A stretch of DNA of 54,701 bases, the filler included, from Mitosporidium daphniae (lineage: Eukaryota), in the NCBI RefSeq assembly GCF_000760515.2. It is 2 parts of 2 records of this genome, joined end to end, with 100 filler letters (N's around TTAATTAATTAA, not from the genome) between each part and the next. Parts side by side here need not be neighbours in the genome. Positions count along the whole stretch, not along the records: positions 1 to 27,387 come from NW_013546161.1; 1 more part is not named here. The stretch is one strand, 5' to 3'. The notes under the pieces are model-generated. The model did not search any database. It was not told the DNA's origin and worked only from the letters and a program-made list of their open reading frames with translations. A program made the position numbers and the translations under genes. Shown here piece after piece: positions 1 to 10,991 of the stretch; the stretch's first letter is position 1; every line of letters begins with the position of its first letter.

Positions 1-967
1 GAGCGTGAAAGTATGCTCTTGAATTCAAAAAGAAGGTTTGAATGTGCAGCAGCGACAATGGTTCCTTTCCTCATGTCGACCGATGTAGAAGTGATGTTTT
101 CAACGACTCCACCAGCCTCCTTTACAATCAAAATACCCGCCGCTATATCCCACGAATGAATGCCAATCTCGTAATAGATGTCACCAGCACCCTCGGCAAT
201 CTTAGTGAGATTCATTGCTGCGCTTCCAAAGCTCCTTATCCCATGAACGGGAATTTGAATTAGCGAATGCATTATGGACGTAATGCATGCCTTATACTCG
301 GGCACATAGCCCATCATTGGAAGATTCCATTCAGTAACAACAAGACAGTCAGACATGCGTTTTTCAGAATTGCTCATGTGTGAATAAAGCGGCAGCCTTT
401 GCGGTGTGGAGCTTTCGTTCTCATCAACCAGATATGCCCCTTTTCCTTTGACCGAATAATACAACTAAACATTCGAATTAAATTTAGTACTTTCTTCAGC
501 GTCGGATGATAGATAATTCCAATGAGCGGGTCAGGACACTCGCCAGCCATTTTAGGAACCTCAACAAGCGCCAGCGAGACGCAACTATGGGACAAAAGAC
601 CATGTAAGAAATTAATGGTCCCATCAATGGGGTCAAGTACCCAATAATAGCATGGTCCATTTTGATTGCAGGAAACATTATTTGTGGGCACTTGAATGCC
701 CTCTTCGCCTAGAAAACTTTATGGTCAAAAATAATGATACAATATGTGGGGAAATGCGAGAGACAGTTTTGACGCGATTTCCCTCTCAATAGCAATATCT
801 CTCTCCGTTACCAGATCCGTTGGAGAATTGTTTTTTTTGGAAACTTTGAAAGTGTCTTGAGTTGTGGAATCCCTTTTTTTATGGCAGAAATTTTGGGTTG
901 AAACATCTTTTACAATCAAAATAACTTGCTCCAAAATAGAGTCAACATCAAGGAGCGCCATATCCAT
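1..967 (-). CDS. Inositol monophosphatase (spliced; 3' end runs off the window)
   Basis: Motifs DLVTERD, FLGEE, WVLDPIDGTINF, RSFGSAA and HSWDIAAG-x4-KEAGG occur across exons separated by short introns. Confidence 0.92.
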
Positions 968-1157
968 CAAGCCTACAACGCGAAAATAAAATAATTTGAT
1001 GCGTCATAAAAATTGATTCCACTGATTTCCGAATTTACGATTGCAATTCCAATCGATCGATGGTTGGCGGTTTAAATGGCCGCAGCCCCATTTGCTATAA
1101 TAGCGTGCAATGCTGCGCCAATTTGATATTTATTGATTTATTGATTTTTCGGACATA

Positions 1158-1625
1158 TCAAGTACGATTGCTATAAATGGTGGAAATGCAGTCTTGCTTA
1201 CCTTTGAAAGACAATGGACCCGAGCGGTGCAGCCATGCAAATGCCCACGAACAAAATCACCTTTAAAGCCAAAGTTCGAGGGTTGGAAATGCTAAAAGGA
1301 AAAACCTACAATAAAAATGGCAAAAAACATCTTGGGGACCGTTAACTTCAAAGTGGTAAACATCTGGATTGTGTTCAGCATGTCCATGATGATCATCATT
1401 TGCGTGTGTTTCCTTGGTAGGGATGAAGGGACGAGAATTTTCTACAGAATAGGTTTGATCGTTGTTTTCAAAGATGCCAGCTAAGTGACCTGCACGGCTG
1501 TTCAGGCCATACATGGCAATAAGAGATGTCGTCTTTTTGTGGGCACAATTATACAAGATTGGATTGTTTATCAGCAGCAGCCCCGATCGGCGACGAATGA
1601 TTGAGGGCGCAACAGACGCAATCAT
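1158..1625 (-). CDS. Cytochrome c oxidase subunit VIIc-like (yeast Cox8 family) with long N-terminal extension
   Basis: Removing a 23-nt intron and a second short GT-AG intron gives the C-terminus HFEVNGPQDVFPFSISNPRTLALKVILFVGICMAAPLGSIVFQSNRT, resembling COX7C (GP..NLPF.....L....F..GFAAPF). The N-terminus is Arg/Ser-rich and presequence-like. Confidence 0.6.
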
Positions 1626-1742
1626 CGCGACAATACGAATTGAAAATTGGTTCAAATTTTATTTCCAACATTTATTGTTGTGACATTCAATTCATTATTC
1701 TCAATGCGCTATTCTCGATCTGCTATTCTCAACTGGCCATCA

Positions 1743-2373
1743 TCAAGCTGCGTCCGCTTTTTCATTTAAAAGGGCTACAATCTTCTCTTCAAACGTCATT
1801 GGCTCTTCATTGGGACCAAATCTTTTGACGGGAATCCCATATCGATTGACAAGAAACTACAATTAATGGGCCGAAAGCTACCTTGGTAAAATTCCACTTG
1901 ATCGCATTGCCTAGCGTTCCTGGGCAAGCTTTTTTCAAGTACGAAAATAAGGGATGTGCTTCGCTTCCATTAACTTTGATCGGATGAAACATTACAAGCT
2001 TTGTTGAGAATCCGGACGAAAAATCTCTAATCTGGCATGTGGTTCCGGATTCTAATTTTGACTTCAACATGTACCTTGCTTTGCGAACTAAAGTTGACCA
2101 TGTGATCAAATTACCTGATTGCACGGGAAAAGAAGCACTTTTAGGCCTTGCGAATCGTACTTTTCAGCCAACTTGCCCAATTGCTCATAATTATTGGGAG
2201 TATATCCACAATGAGAGGCAACATTGACCACCAGTAGGACCTTGGGGTAAAACAAAAAATGCCACCTTATCCTTGAACTCCGAGAGAGATATAATGCGAT
2301 CCTTTTCCAGGCTTTCAGCTTCAAACTGGTATATCTAAAATTACGGGATAAGCATTGCCTTTTCGGCGGACAT
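1743..2373 (-). CDS. Glutathione peroxidase (Cys-type, PHGPx/Hyr1-like), 6 exons
   Basis: [29 protein letters not shown] and IKWNFTKFL motifs. The active-site codon is TGT. Includes a 13-nt microexon at 2075-2087. Confidence 0.93.
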
Positions 2374-2679
2374 TTGATGGGCAAATCTTCTGATTTGTTT
2401 ACCAAGACGATTATTAAATAAGACTTGCATCAACAATTTAATTTACTTTTTAAACTTTTTTCTGCAAACTTGGCCATTAGAGTTTTACCCCGCCTGTGCA
2501 GAGCGTGTACATACTTTTGCGGCCGCTTTCCACAATGGCTTTGCTTTAAAATTAAATAAAGCTGAACAAATGTGGACGCCACGCACGCTCCTGTTTTGAA
2601 GCTGCTTTTGGCCGTTTTATGGGCGGTGAAAAATTGAATAGAAACCTCGGATGACGGCGGTCCAAGTTTAGTCGGCGGT

Positions 2680-3925
2680 TTAATAATATGTTATCGGGGG
2701 CATGTTGTAGGACGGCTGGGTCATAATCAGATTTACTTCGCATCCGAAATCCATCAGCTGTAAATGTGCATCTGCACCCTCTGTTATGTTTCTCGACACG
2801 CTAAGCAGCTTCAGGGCCACCATTGACTTTACAATGGATGACAGGGCAGGGTCGTTAGAGATGTCCTCCTCCATCTACATGCATAAAGGTTGGTTCGCTC
2901 CATACTTGGATCAGAAATTGGCTTGCAGAATATCCGGATCTCATGAACGAATCCAAGAAACTGCCAATGGCTTCAGGGCCAGATTGCACTGCAGAGCGAA
3001 ACCCATCTATCACTTTGCTCGGAAGCACCTACAGAGAAGGAATAAATTGCGTGCAATACTCCTGTCATTTCTTTTAGGCTTTCAATGGCAATGCCATTGG
3101 TCCCGATGAACCTCTTGATATTTTGAAGATAATTGATCGCTTTACGAAGATCGCCGAAACTCCTGTCAATAAGAAATTCCAGGCCCTAGCTCGTCAGAAA
3201 CGATCAAACCTCATCGGCACACTGTATGTTTTCTTCGTTGCAAATAAATTGAAGACGCTTAACAGCGGACGCCTTGTCAATTGCCTTGAACCTAAATTTG
3301 GCACATCTTGAAATCAAAGGCTCGATAATCCTAATGAAAGTCCGAAAATTAGCTTACTTGTGCACGTAATTACAAAGGATGCAAAACCGCGTTGTCGAAG
3401 AATAAGCCTCAATAATTCGCCTCAATGCTGCCTGGGCATCATACGTCATACAATCGGCCTCGTCCAAAATGATCAGCTTGAAAAAGGGCGGAGAATTGAT
3501 GAGCGTTTTTGCAAACGACTTGATTTTCTCTCTTACCACGCCGATTCCACGCTCGTCAGAGGCGTTCAGTTCAAGTATCCGTTGGCGATAAGCATTCTCT
3601 CTAAAGATAAATCATAAGGAGCGCCACCCAAATAACTCCCTTGCCAGAGCAAGTACAGTCGATGTTTTTCCTGTCCCGGGAGGGCCATACAACAAAAGAT
3701 GTGGAAGCTATGCATCAGCAAAAATGGAGTGTCGTACATCTCCGGAAACAATTGATCTCCTCAATAACGCAACTACCTCCTCCTGTGATGCGATTTCGCC
3801 AAGCGACTTTGGACGGCTAATAATCTCGTTAAGCATTAAAAATACTATTTTTCCACCCATTGACGAGTGGAGGAAGTGTGGCTGACTGATGGCGACGGGG
3901 GCCGACTTTCGCTGGTTGAGCTCAT
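2680..3925 (-). CDS. Replication factor C small subunit (RFC4/yeast Rfc2 type)
   Basis: [50 protein letters not shown] and GADAHLQL motifs. Confidence 0.92.
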
Positions 3926-3974
3926 GATTGAAAATTTGCGTTTTGACGGAAATTTAATTTTTTTAATTCCAAAC

Positions 3975-4898
3975 ATGCATTTTTCTAATGAAGACGATCC
4001 GTTGGCATCGTCGACTTTCCGGCGCTCCCAGCGCAAAATGGCATCGCAAATAGAAAAGTTGGAGCGAGAAAGCGTGGCAAAAAAGTCCTGGACACTTCTT
4101 GGGGAGGCAAGTTCCAAGCAAAGGAGCCAAAACTCGCTTCTTGAAAATTTTGTTGAATATGAATCCAACGCCAAGGTAATTATTTGTACTTCTTTCCATG
4201 TAGCCTGTATTGGAGGTTACTCAAGAAGTCACCGATTCGATTGAACAGATTGTTAGAAAGAGGATTATGGATTGCGTTTGGGACGACCCATCGCCACCGT
4301 CCTTTGTCAACCACGTTCCAAGGCCCAAACAAGACCTTCCTGAGGTTTCGACCGAAAAGTCTACAGCGTCCTTGTCCAAGCTTTATGAAAATGATTATCT
4401 GGAAAAGAAGGAAAGCCAAAGGCCGCTGTCCACTTCAAAAATTACTCCGGAAATCGCATCTCTATGGGACCAAGTATCGCAAGCGTTGGACACACTTTCT
4501 GGATTCCAATTTGCCTCTGCCATGGATTCCGTGCACTCAATATCATCGCAAGCACAACTACCGTCTTTTTCGACAAATGAAATTGAAAAGGGAGCCGCAA
4601 TTCACGCTGCCTCATTGGCTGTAAGCGGCGCGTCGTCACATACGCCAGAAGAAATAAAAAGGCCCTTGCGTACTCCTTTGAAATCTGAGCTTGAGCGAGA
4701 CAGTTCTAAAACCGAGCACCAGCGGGCCAAACGGCTGCGGAAGATCAAAGGATCTAAAAGGCCACATGCCTCCTCTTCTCTGCTCAATACGCTCTCCAAG
4801 CAAAAGGTACCAATTTTTTCGTGATTTTATTTTAGAATGTCAAAGTTCATGCAAGTGCGATAAAAGGCAAATCAAAGGCTCGCAGCGCCAACCGATAA
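3975..4898 (+). CDS. MPP10: U3 snoRNP protein Mpp10 (only the C-terminal conserved part)
   Basis: IEKLE...K.W.L.GE....R..NSLLE, IEQIVRKRI....WDD, EKS..SLSKLYENDY, LDTLS.F.F and PEEI motifs; two short introns. Confidence 0.85.
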
Positions 4899-5098
4899 AC
4901 CAATGTTGATATTTTAATAAATTAATTGGAATCAAATACACTCGTCAAAAAGGGCCATCCATTTCCGGCAACACCATAAATTACCAACGGCAACACCAGT
5001 TTATTGTTTAGCCCATCCCTTCTATTAGTGGATCGATGGGATGAAACTATTAACCACAAGCCTATTGTGCACATGCTATTAGCGATCGGCATAAAAAC

Positions 5099-6114
5099 TT
5101 ATTCAAGCCAAAGAATATTCAACGCCTTGCTCATAGATGCCTTCCAATCAAACCGGGGCAACACAAGTGGGGGTGTGTCCGAAATGGGAGCGCTAGATTT
5201 CTTTTTTTTGGAAAGCCACCTAGAAAGCATCTCCAACGGGGTATTCGATATCGCGTATCTTTTAAGAAGCATTTGTTTGTCCGAAAGCGCATCCTGTATA
5301 TTGTGCCATGCGATATCCTATACATTACTACAAAAATACCAAACCCAAATCTCGTTTTTTGTTTGCCAGCCAAAAGCGGTGTCCTCTGAGACCCCGCAAA
5401 TTATATACAGCCGATTGATGCGTTCATTTGGACCCTTCCATTCAAGAAATGGGGTGTCACTGCCAATATCTGCGAATTTAAAGCACCGACGCACCTCCAC
5501 AATTGTAGCCTGTCTCTTCATATAATTCTCGAGTCGCACAGTGTGCCATAGACTCGCCCTCACTTAGTTTTCCCTTGGGAAAGGCCCATGTATCTCTTGA
5601 CCGATGCCCCCTTACCATCAAGCACTTTGCATTAAAAAAAAATATACCTTTGTTAAGGACGGGTTGAGAAGGATCACACCAGCAACGGGGACCGATCTTT
5701 TATGTGCAGAGAAAAATTCTATCAATTGCGGTATCTCTGCAACCAAATGCGAAAGGGCAGGGTCTCTGTTTAGCATTTGACGGCAGAATTTCGGAAACTT
5801 CATCGAGGGGTAGACGTCAGCCTTTTCTGAGCTTGTTCGAAGATGGTCATCATAGAACCAGTGAGCAGCCTCCAAGTGAAAAAGCAGCCGATCAGCGGCC
5901 AATTTGTCGGCCTCTGGAAGGTTCACAATAAACCGACTAAACATCAGCACATCAAAACAAACCAACAAATGTCATCCAATGCATTGTCTATCGAACATGG
6001 AAATGTGGCCAATGATGACGATGGCGCTGAAGCTGACAAAGAGGGCGCTAATACGGCTGATGATGGCACTGAAGACGAAAAAGAGGGCAGTGATACTGCT
6101 GATGATGGCGGCAT
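5099..6114 (-). CDS. DCP2: mRNA decapping enzyme Dcp2 (BoxA + Nudix)
   Basis: LDD...RFIVNLP, F.LEAAHWFY.D, VPVAG.ILLN, W.FPKGK and QTKNEI motifs. Confidence 0.92.
6016..6108. repeat. Imperfect 42-nt tandem repeat (~2.2 copies) encoding the Ser/Pro/Ala-rich N-terminus of Dcp2
   Basis: gacgatggcgctgaagctgacaaagagggcgctaatacggct, then gatgatggcactgaagacgaaaaagagggcagtgatactgct, then gatgatggc. Confidence 0.75.
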
Positions 6115-6150
6115 AGCCAAATAATAAAATTTAAAAATACGAACTTTTCA

Positions 6151-7016
6151 ATGAATTCTACCATGTGGATCGGAAATTCAAATTGTTCGTCCTCTTACTC
6201 GGACCCGGCAGGTTTCCTTATCGAAAGAATTTCAACATACATTGGCGACAAGATAAAAGCAGATGGTCTTTCGCGAAAGATTTTCAACAGCTGTCAAATT
6301 ATCACCAAAGTCCTCAATACATACGGGTAAGCAAGTTTTTTAAGCAGCCTTAGCATCGGATCAATTGCCTTGAGTTTCAATGGCGGAAAAGATTGCACTG
6401 CACTTCTGGTCCACCTTCTTGCCTGCATTGGTGGTAGGAGTCCCCTCCCACTTTTGTATCTCCACAATGATGATCAATTTGAGGAGGAGTGGGAATTTTC
6501 TTGCGCCTTGACATCAATGTAGGAGGATACGAAACTTTTATTGAAATGTAGGATTGGAGCAGACAAGGTGCAACTGCATCGACTTGAATGCACAGATTTA
6601 AAGGATGGGCTTTCCAGCTTTCTTCAAAAATATCCCAACATCTCTGTGCTCTTCCTAGGTGTCCGATGTACAGATCCACACTCCAGTATGGATAGTATAC
6701 CCTGACAGGCCAGATGAGCTAAAACCGATCCAAATGACGGACCCCGGATGGCCCCAAGTCCTGCGCGTCCACCCACTTCTCGACTGGACATATTCTGAGA
6801 TCTGGCTCTTTCTAAGGACGCTTTCGATTCCTTACTGCACGCTGTATGACCAGGGGTACGTAATGAACAAGTTAACTTAAATGCAGATACACCTCCATAG
6901 GGGGGAAAGAAAAAACAAAACCTAACCCGGCTTTACGGTGCACCCGTGAACAAGGTAAATACAAACCGGCATACGACCTTTTGGACGATTCTTTGGAAAG
7001 GGCAGGCCGGAGCTAA
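6151..7016 (+). CDS. FAD1: FAD synthase (PAPS-reductase family)
   Basis: [24 protein letters not shown]...[27 protein letters not shown] and ERAGR motifs; several short introns. Confidence 0.92.
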
Positions 7017-7064
7017 CGCCGATTGGAAAGTTTTATTTTCAGTATAAATTTATTGTTTGGCGGT

Positions 7065-7378
7065 TTAGCGATACTACAGCATAAAAACGTAACAAAGGTA
7101 CCTTCATGAAGCCAATATCACTCGAATACTGACGGAAGCATTGGCGGCAAAGGTTAAGCCCATACTTGCGGATGAGACCGTCTTTGTTGGTGCAAACTCG
7201 GCTACATAAGTTAGTAATTGGGTCCATGGGGTAGCCGAAACATAGGCAACATCGTACACAATGCCAAAAGATGGCCATGTTGTTGCATGGGATATCAAAA
7301 AGGTTGGGACACTTACCACTCGCGGGATCCTTTTCCAAACGTACGGGGGCGGGAATGAAAGACTGATTCGTGAGACAT
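7065..7378 (-). CDS. RPS29: 40S ribosomal protein S29 (uS14)
   Basis: Spliced product [56 protein letters not shown]; introns of 115 nt and about 28 nt. Confidence 0.96.
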
Positions 7379-7448
7379 ACTGTGATTTAGAAAAATTACA
7401 GGCACAAAACCCTTGTTGCAAATTGCGATTAAATTCCGAGTTTATAAA

Positions 7449-8915
7449 TTAAATTTTAAGAACCCTGAGAACGTTGGTGGACCCGGAAACTTGTTCAATG
7501 ATGCCAGAGGTGACCACAGAAATATCGCCCTTGATGACCATCTTTGAGGAGATAGCATGGTCCATTGCGTTTTTTACAATGGAATCGGTTCCGTGCATCG
7601 TTAAAACAAGCAAGGGGTATATACCGCGAAGGACCTGCATTTGACGAGCGACTTGTGGATCAGCGGTCACACCAAAGACTGGGGGAATCGGGCGGTACTT
7701 GTTGACGGCAAGTGCTGTAGCTCCTGTCTCTGTAAGGGCAATAATTAAGGGCGCCTGGATATCCCAGGCAGTCTTCACTGCGCTTGATGCAATGGCCTCC
7801 GAAACCGAAATGGGGATTTTGGTATTCTTCTTGATGGCTCCATAAACCTCAGCATAGTTGATATCGGCCTCGGCCTCACGGCAAATTCTCGCCATAATTG
7901 TGACGGCCTCAATTGGATATGCTCCCTTGGCAGTTTCTCCAGAAAGCATAACACAATCAGAGCCATCGAGGACAGCATTGGCAACATCGGTGGCCTCTGC
8001 TCGTGTTGGCCTTGGATTAACAATCATCGATTCGAGCATTTGTGTTGCCGTAATGCAGGGCTTGCCGACAGCATTGCATTTTTTGATCATCATTTTTTGG
8101 GCACGGAAGACCTGCTCCACTGGGATTTCAACGCCAAGATCGCCCCGGGCCACCATGATACCATCAGAAGCAGCGAGAATTTCGTCAAAATTTTCCAAGC
8201 CCTCTTCGTTTTCGATCTTTGAAATGATGCGAATGTTGGAGCTTCCAAGTAGCTTTCTAATCTCCACCACATCGGATGCCTTGCGAATAAAGGAGGCCGC
8301 AACGAAATCGACTCCCTGAGCAATGCCAAAATGTAGATCTTGGATATCTTTTTCGGTGAGCGCGGGAAGCGCGACCTTGATTTTGGGAAGATTGACACCC
8401 TTGACTTCGCCGAGAAGCCCGTCATTAAGGATCCTGGTCTTAACAAAGCCTGGTCCGGTCTCAACTACCTCACAGGCAATCAGTCCATCGTCAACCAGGA
8501 TAAGGTCTCCGGCCTTGACAGAGGAATCAAGAGAAGAATATGAGACGGAGACACAGGTCTCATCACCCAGAATGGAATAGTCTGTGTAGAAGGTGAAGCT
8601 GGAGTTTTTCTTCAGCTTGATCTCCTTGCCATTTTGGAGCTTGCTAGTGCGGATCTCTGGACCCTTGGTGTCTAGCATGATGGCCACGGTTGGTGGATTT
8701 TCACATTGAGAAAGATAAGTGCGCAAGTTGGCAATAGTCTGCGCGTGATACTCATGAGAGCCATGGGAGAAGTTTAATCTCATCACATTCATACCTGCAT
8801 CGATGAGCTTACCAAGCATTTCAACAGACTGGGTCTTTGGCCCAATCGTGCACACGATTTTGGTTTTGATGTGGATTTGACGGTCGTTAACGAGGGAGAT
8901 GGAAGCAGTCGACAT
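7449..8915 (-). CDS. PYK1: Pyruvate kinase (intronless)
   Basis: TKIVCTIGP, RLNFSHG, DTKGPEIR, MVARGDLG and ATQMLESM..NPRPTRAE motifs. Confidence 0.98.
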   Translation of the reverse strand: MSTASISLVNDRQIHIKTKIVCTIGPKTQSVEMLGKLIDAGMNVMRLNFSHGSHEYHAQTIANLRTYLSQCENPPTVAIMLDTKGPEIRTSKLQNGKEIKLKKNSSFTFYTDYSILGDETCVSVSYSSLDSSVKAGDLILVDDGLIACEVVETGPGFVKTRILNDGLLGEVKGVNLPKIKVALPALTEKDIQDLHFGIAQGVDFVAASFIRKASDVVEIRKLLGSSNIRIISKIENEEGLENFDEILAASDGIMVARGDLGVEIPVEQVFRAQKMMIKKCNAVGKPCITATQMLESMIVNPRPTRAEATDVANAVLDGSDCVMLSGETAKGAYPIEAVTIMARICREAEADINYAEVYGAIKKNTKIPISVSEAIASSAVKTAWDIQAPLIIALTETGATALAVNKYRPIPPVFGVTADPQVARQMQVLRGIYPLLVLTMHGTDSIVKNAMDHAISSKMVIKGDISVVTSGIIEQVSGSTNVLRVLKI

Positions 8916-9420
8916 TTATTTGCAAAGAAAAGACAAAACCCCTGTTTGCACTTTTATTATTTTTTGCAAGTAAAGTTTCAACTCTTGTCCAATAAAATGA
9001 AAGCAATTTACATGTCTTAGTCAATGAATAAAATTTTTGTCAATGTGGCCAGTATGGTCGATGTAATTTGAATTTTACAACGGGTGAAATTTAAAGTGTA
9101 CAGGGGAAATGCAAGAATCATGCATGTTAAAAGCCCACAATTGATTGGCCATCCATACTGGCTGCCAGGAGCCCCATCATGCTTAATACGAGTGCCCGTC
9201 AAATTCAGCTAGGGGCTCATTAGATCGAATATACCTCTTCAACTTTAGATCAATGCTGGCGTGGAAACAAAAATAATGCCTTGTACATGTCGCTAATGGT
9301 TGGCGTTTACGGGCATGTAAAAACAAGGCCTTACCAACGGTTAGCACATAATTTGATGTATGGGATTTAAATGACAACTTACATGGTGTCATTTGAGACA
9401 GGAATTTTAATTTTTTAATC

Positions 9421-10975
9421 ATGAAATTTAATCTCTGCCAGACCTGTCTTTCCATCATCACTTCCCAAAATCTTGCTATTGAAAATGAATCCTATTGTGT
9501 AATTAACTTAAACGATCCAACAGGGCACATATGCTTTCTATGTTGTAATAGTGCATCCTCTTCATTTCAGACAGCCTTCTCTTCCGTTTGTATCTCTCAG
9601 CTATTAAAAGAGTATGGATTGATACTGCCTACATTTTCGATTTCCATATTTCTCCCGCTCTGCTTTCCCTTTCGAGCATTGCAAATTCTCAGATCAATTA
9701 TAAGGTAGCATTTTTAAATTGGCCAACTGTAGAGAAAACGACAGGGAAAAATATCTTTTCCTTTTAGATGGAATTAGCCGCTCATTCAAGCAGGCCTTCC
9801 GGTCTTTATTTGCAGCTTCCCTTGAAAAGGCAGAAAATTTTCAAATGAAGCAAGATCAGTCGGTACGCTGTAGTTTATAAAAGTAGAGTCCTTTTAAGAT
9901 TGAGGTGAGACTGATGAGTGTGGAGGCTTCACTTTTGATACTGGAGAGGCCTCTTACCTGCATTTCCCTTTGTGAAAGGCCAAAGAAATATCAAATGAAA
10001 TCCAATTTGGTAAAATGCTGCTTTTTATTCCATAGAAAAAGCTATGGATCGCCAATCCGGCCAGCGTGGCTGAATTTACCCTTTCAATGCAAGAAAATAG
10101 AGAAATAATCGAAGTTTCCATGTCCGAGCCCATTTTAACGTTCTACCATGCCCCAATGTACGTCGCTGGTAGGTATACAAAATCACAAAGGAATATTGCG
10201 CAGTCGCCATGGATCAACAAATCCTTGCAATCCGTATCCGGATATATTGATGCCATTGTGACGAAGCACTTTCAGGCAGATGGGTGCAAATTCTGCTCTG
10301 CTGGAAGAGAGGATATTGACGTAAAGATGTTAGGCGAAGGGCGGCCATTTTTGCTGGAGATCTGCAATCCAAGGCGCTATCTTTTGCTTCGGGCACATGC
10401 CCAGTCCGGGGCCTCTTTGCCCCCGCAAAATTCGCCTCTTGATGTCCTTAGAAAGCTTCTAGACACCATTTGCAGCGAAGTTCTACAAGCATCTTTGGGT
10501 TCTGTATCAATTATACCAAGACTCTGGCTTGTTCGTGGCACAGCCTCTGCACAGCTTATCAAAGTTGGAGAAGTGCACCGGCCAAAGCTTTACAAAGCCA
10601 CGATTTCCTCAAAAGTTCCTCTTGTGGGATGTAGAAACTTTAAAACGCTTTCCATTAACCAGAAAACCCCGATTCGCGTTCTCCATCGAAGGGCGAATCT
10701 CAACCGCAGTAAGATGATTTATGAGTGCGAGCTTTCTCCTTTTCCAGAGGATGGCTCGTTTGTAGAAGTGACCATTAGAGCCCAGGCGGGAACGTATCGA
10801 TTTTCATCCTCATCGTAGATATATTAAGGAATTCGTCCATGGAGATTTTGGGCGCACCAGCCCCAGTCTTGGTGACCTCTTATTTGGGGTTTCCGACGCC
10901 TGCGAGCTTCTTGAACTGGACGTGCTGCAAGTGGAAATGCCAGAATGGCCTCCCAACGAGGACATCTTAATTTAA
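9421..10975 (+). CDS. PUS10: tRNA pseudouridine synthase Pus10 (start approximate)
   Basis: GRY.K..RN..QSPW, AGREDIDV.MLG.GRPF, QKTPIRVLHRR and AGTYIKEFVHGDFGRT.PSL motifs; N-terminal CxxC...CxxC. Confidence 0.92.
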
Positions 10976-10991
10976 TTTAATAAAATAAACC

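Noticed and set aside
2190..2215. Selenocysteine in GPX
   Set aside because: The active-site codon is TGT (Cys), not TGA
2410..2680. ncRNA between RFC and GPX (GCCATT/AATGGC stem)
   Set aside because: Only a short stem is present, with no recognisable snRNA, SRP or snoRNA boxes; it is likely UTR or promoter sequence
5843..6124. Plus-strand acidic repeat ORF
   Set aside because: It is the antisense reading of the Dcp2 N-terminal repeat
9205..9270. TPP riboswitch or RNase MRP assignment
   Set aside because: AATGCTGGCGTGGAAA and GGGGCTCAT resemble parts of these RNAs, but the CUGAGA motif and a properly spaced GAAAGUCCCC are missing. The region is left as an unassigned structured RNA candidate
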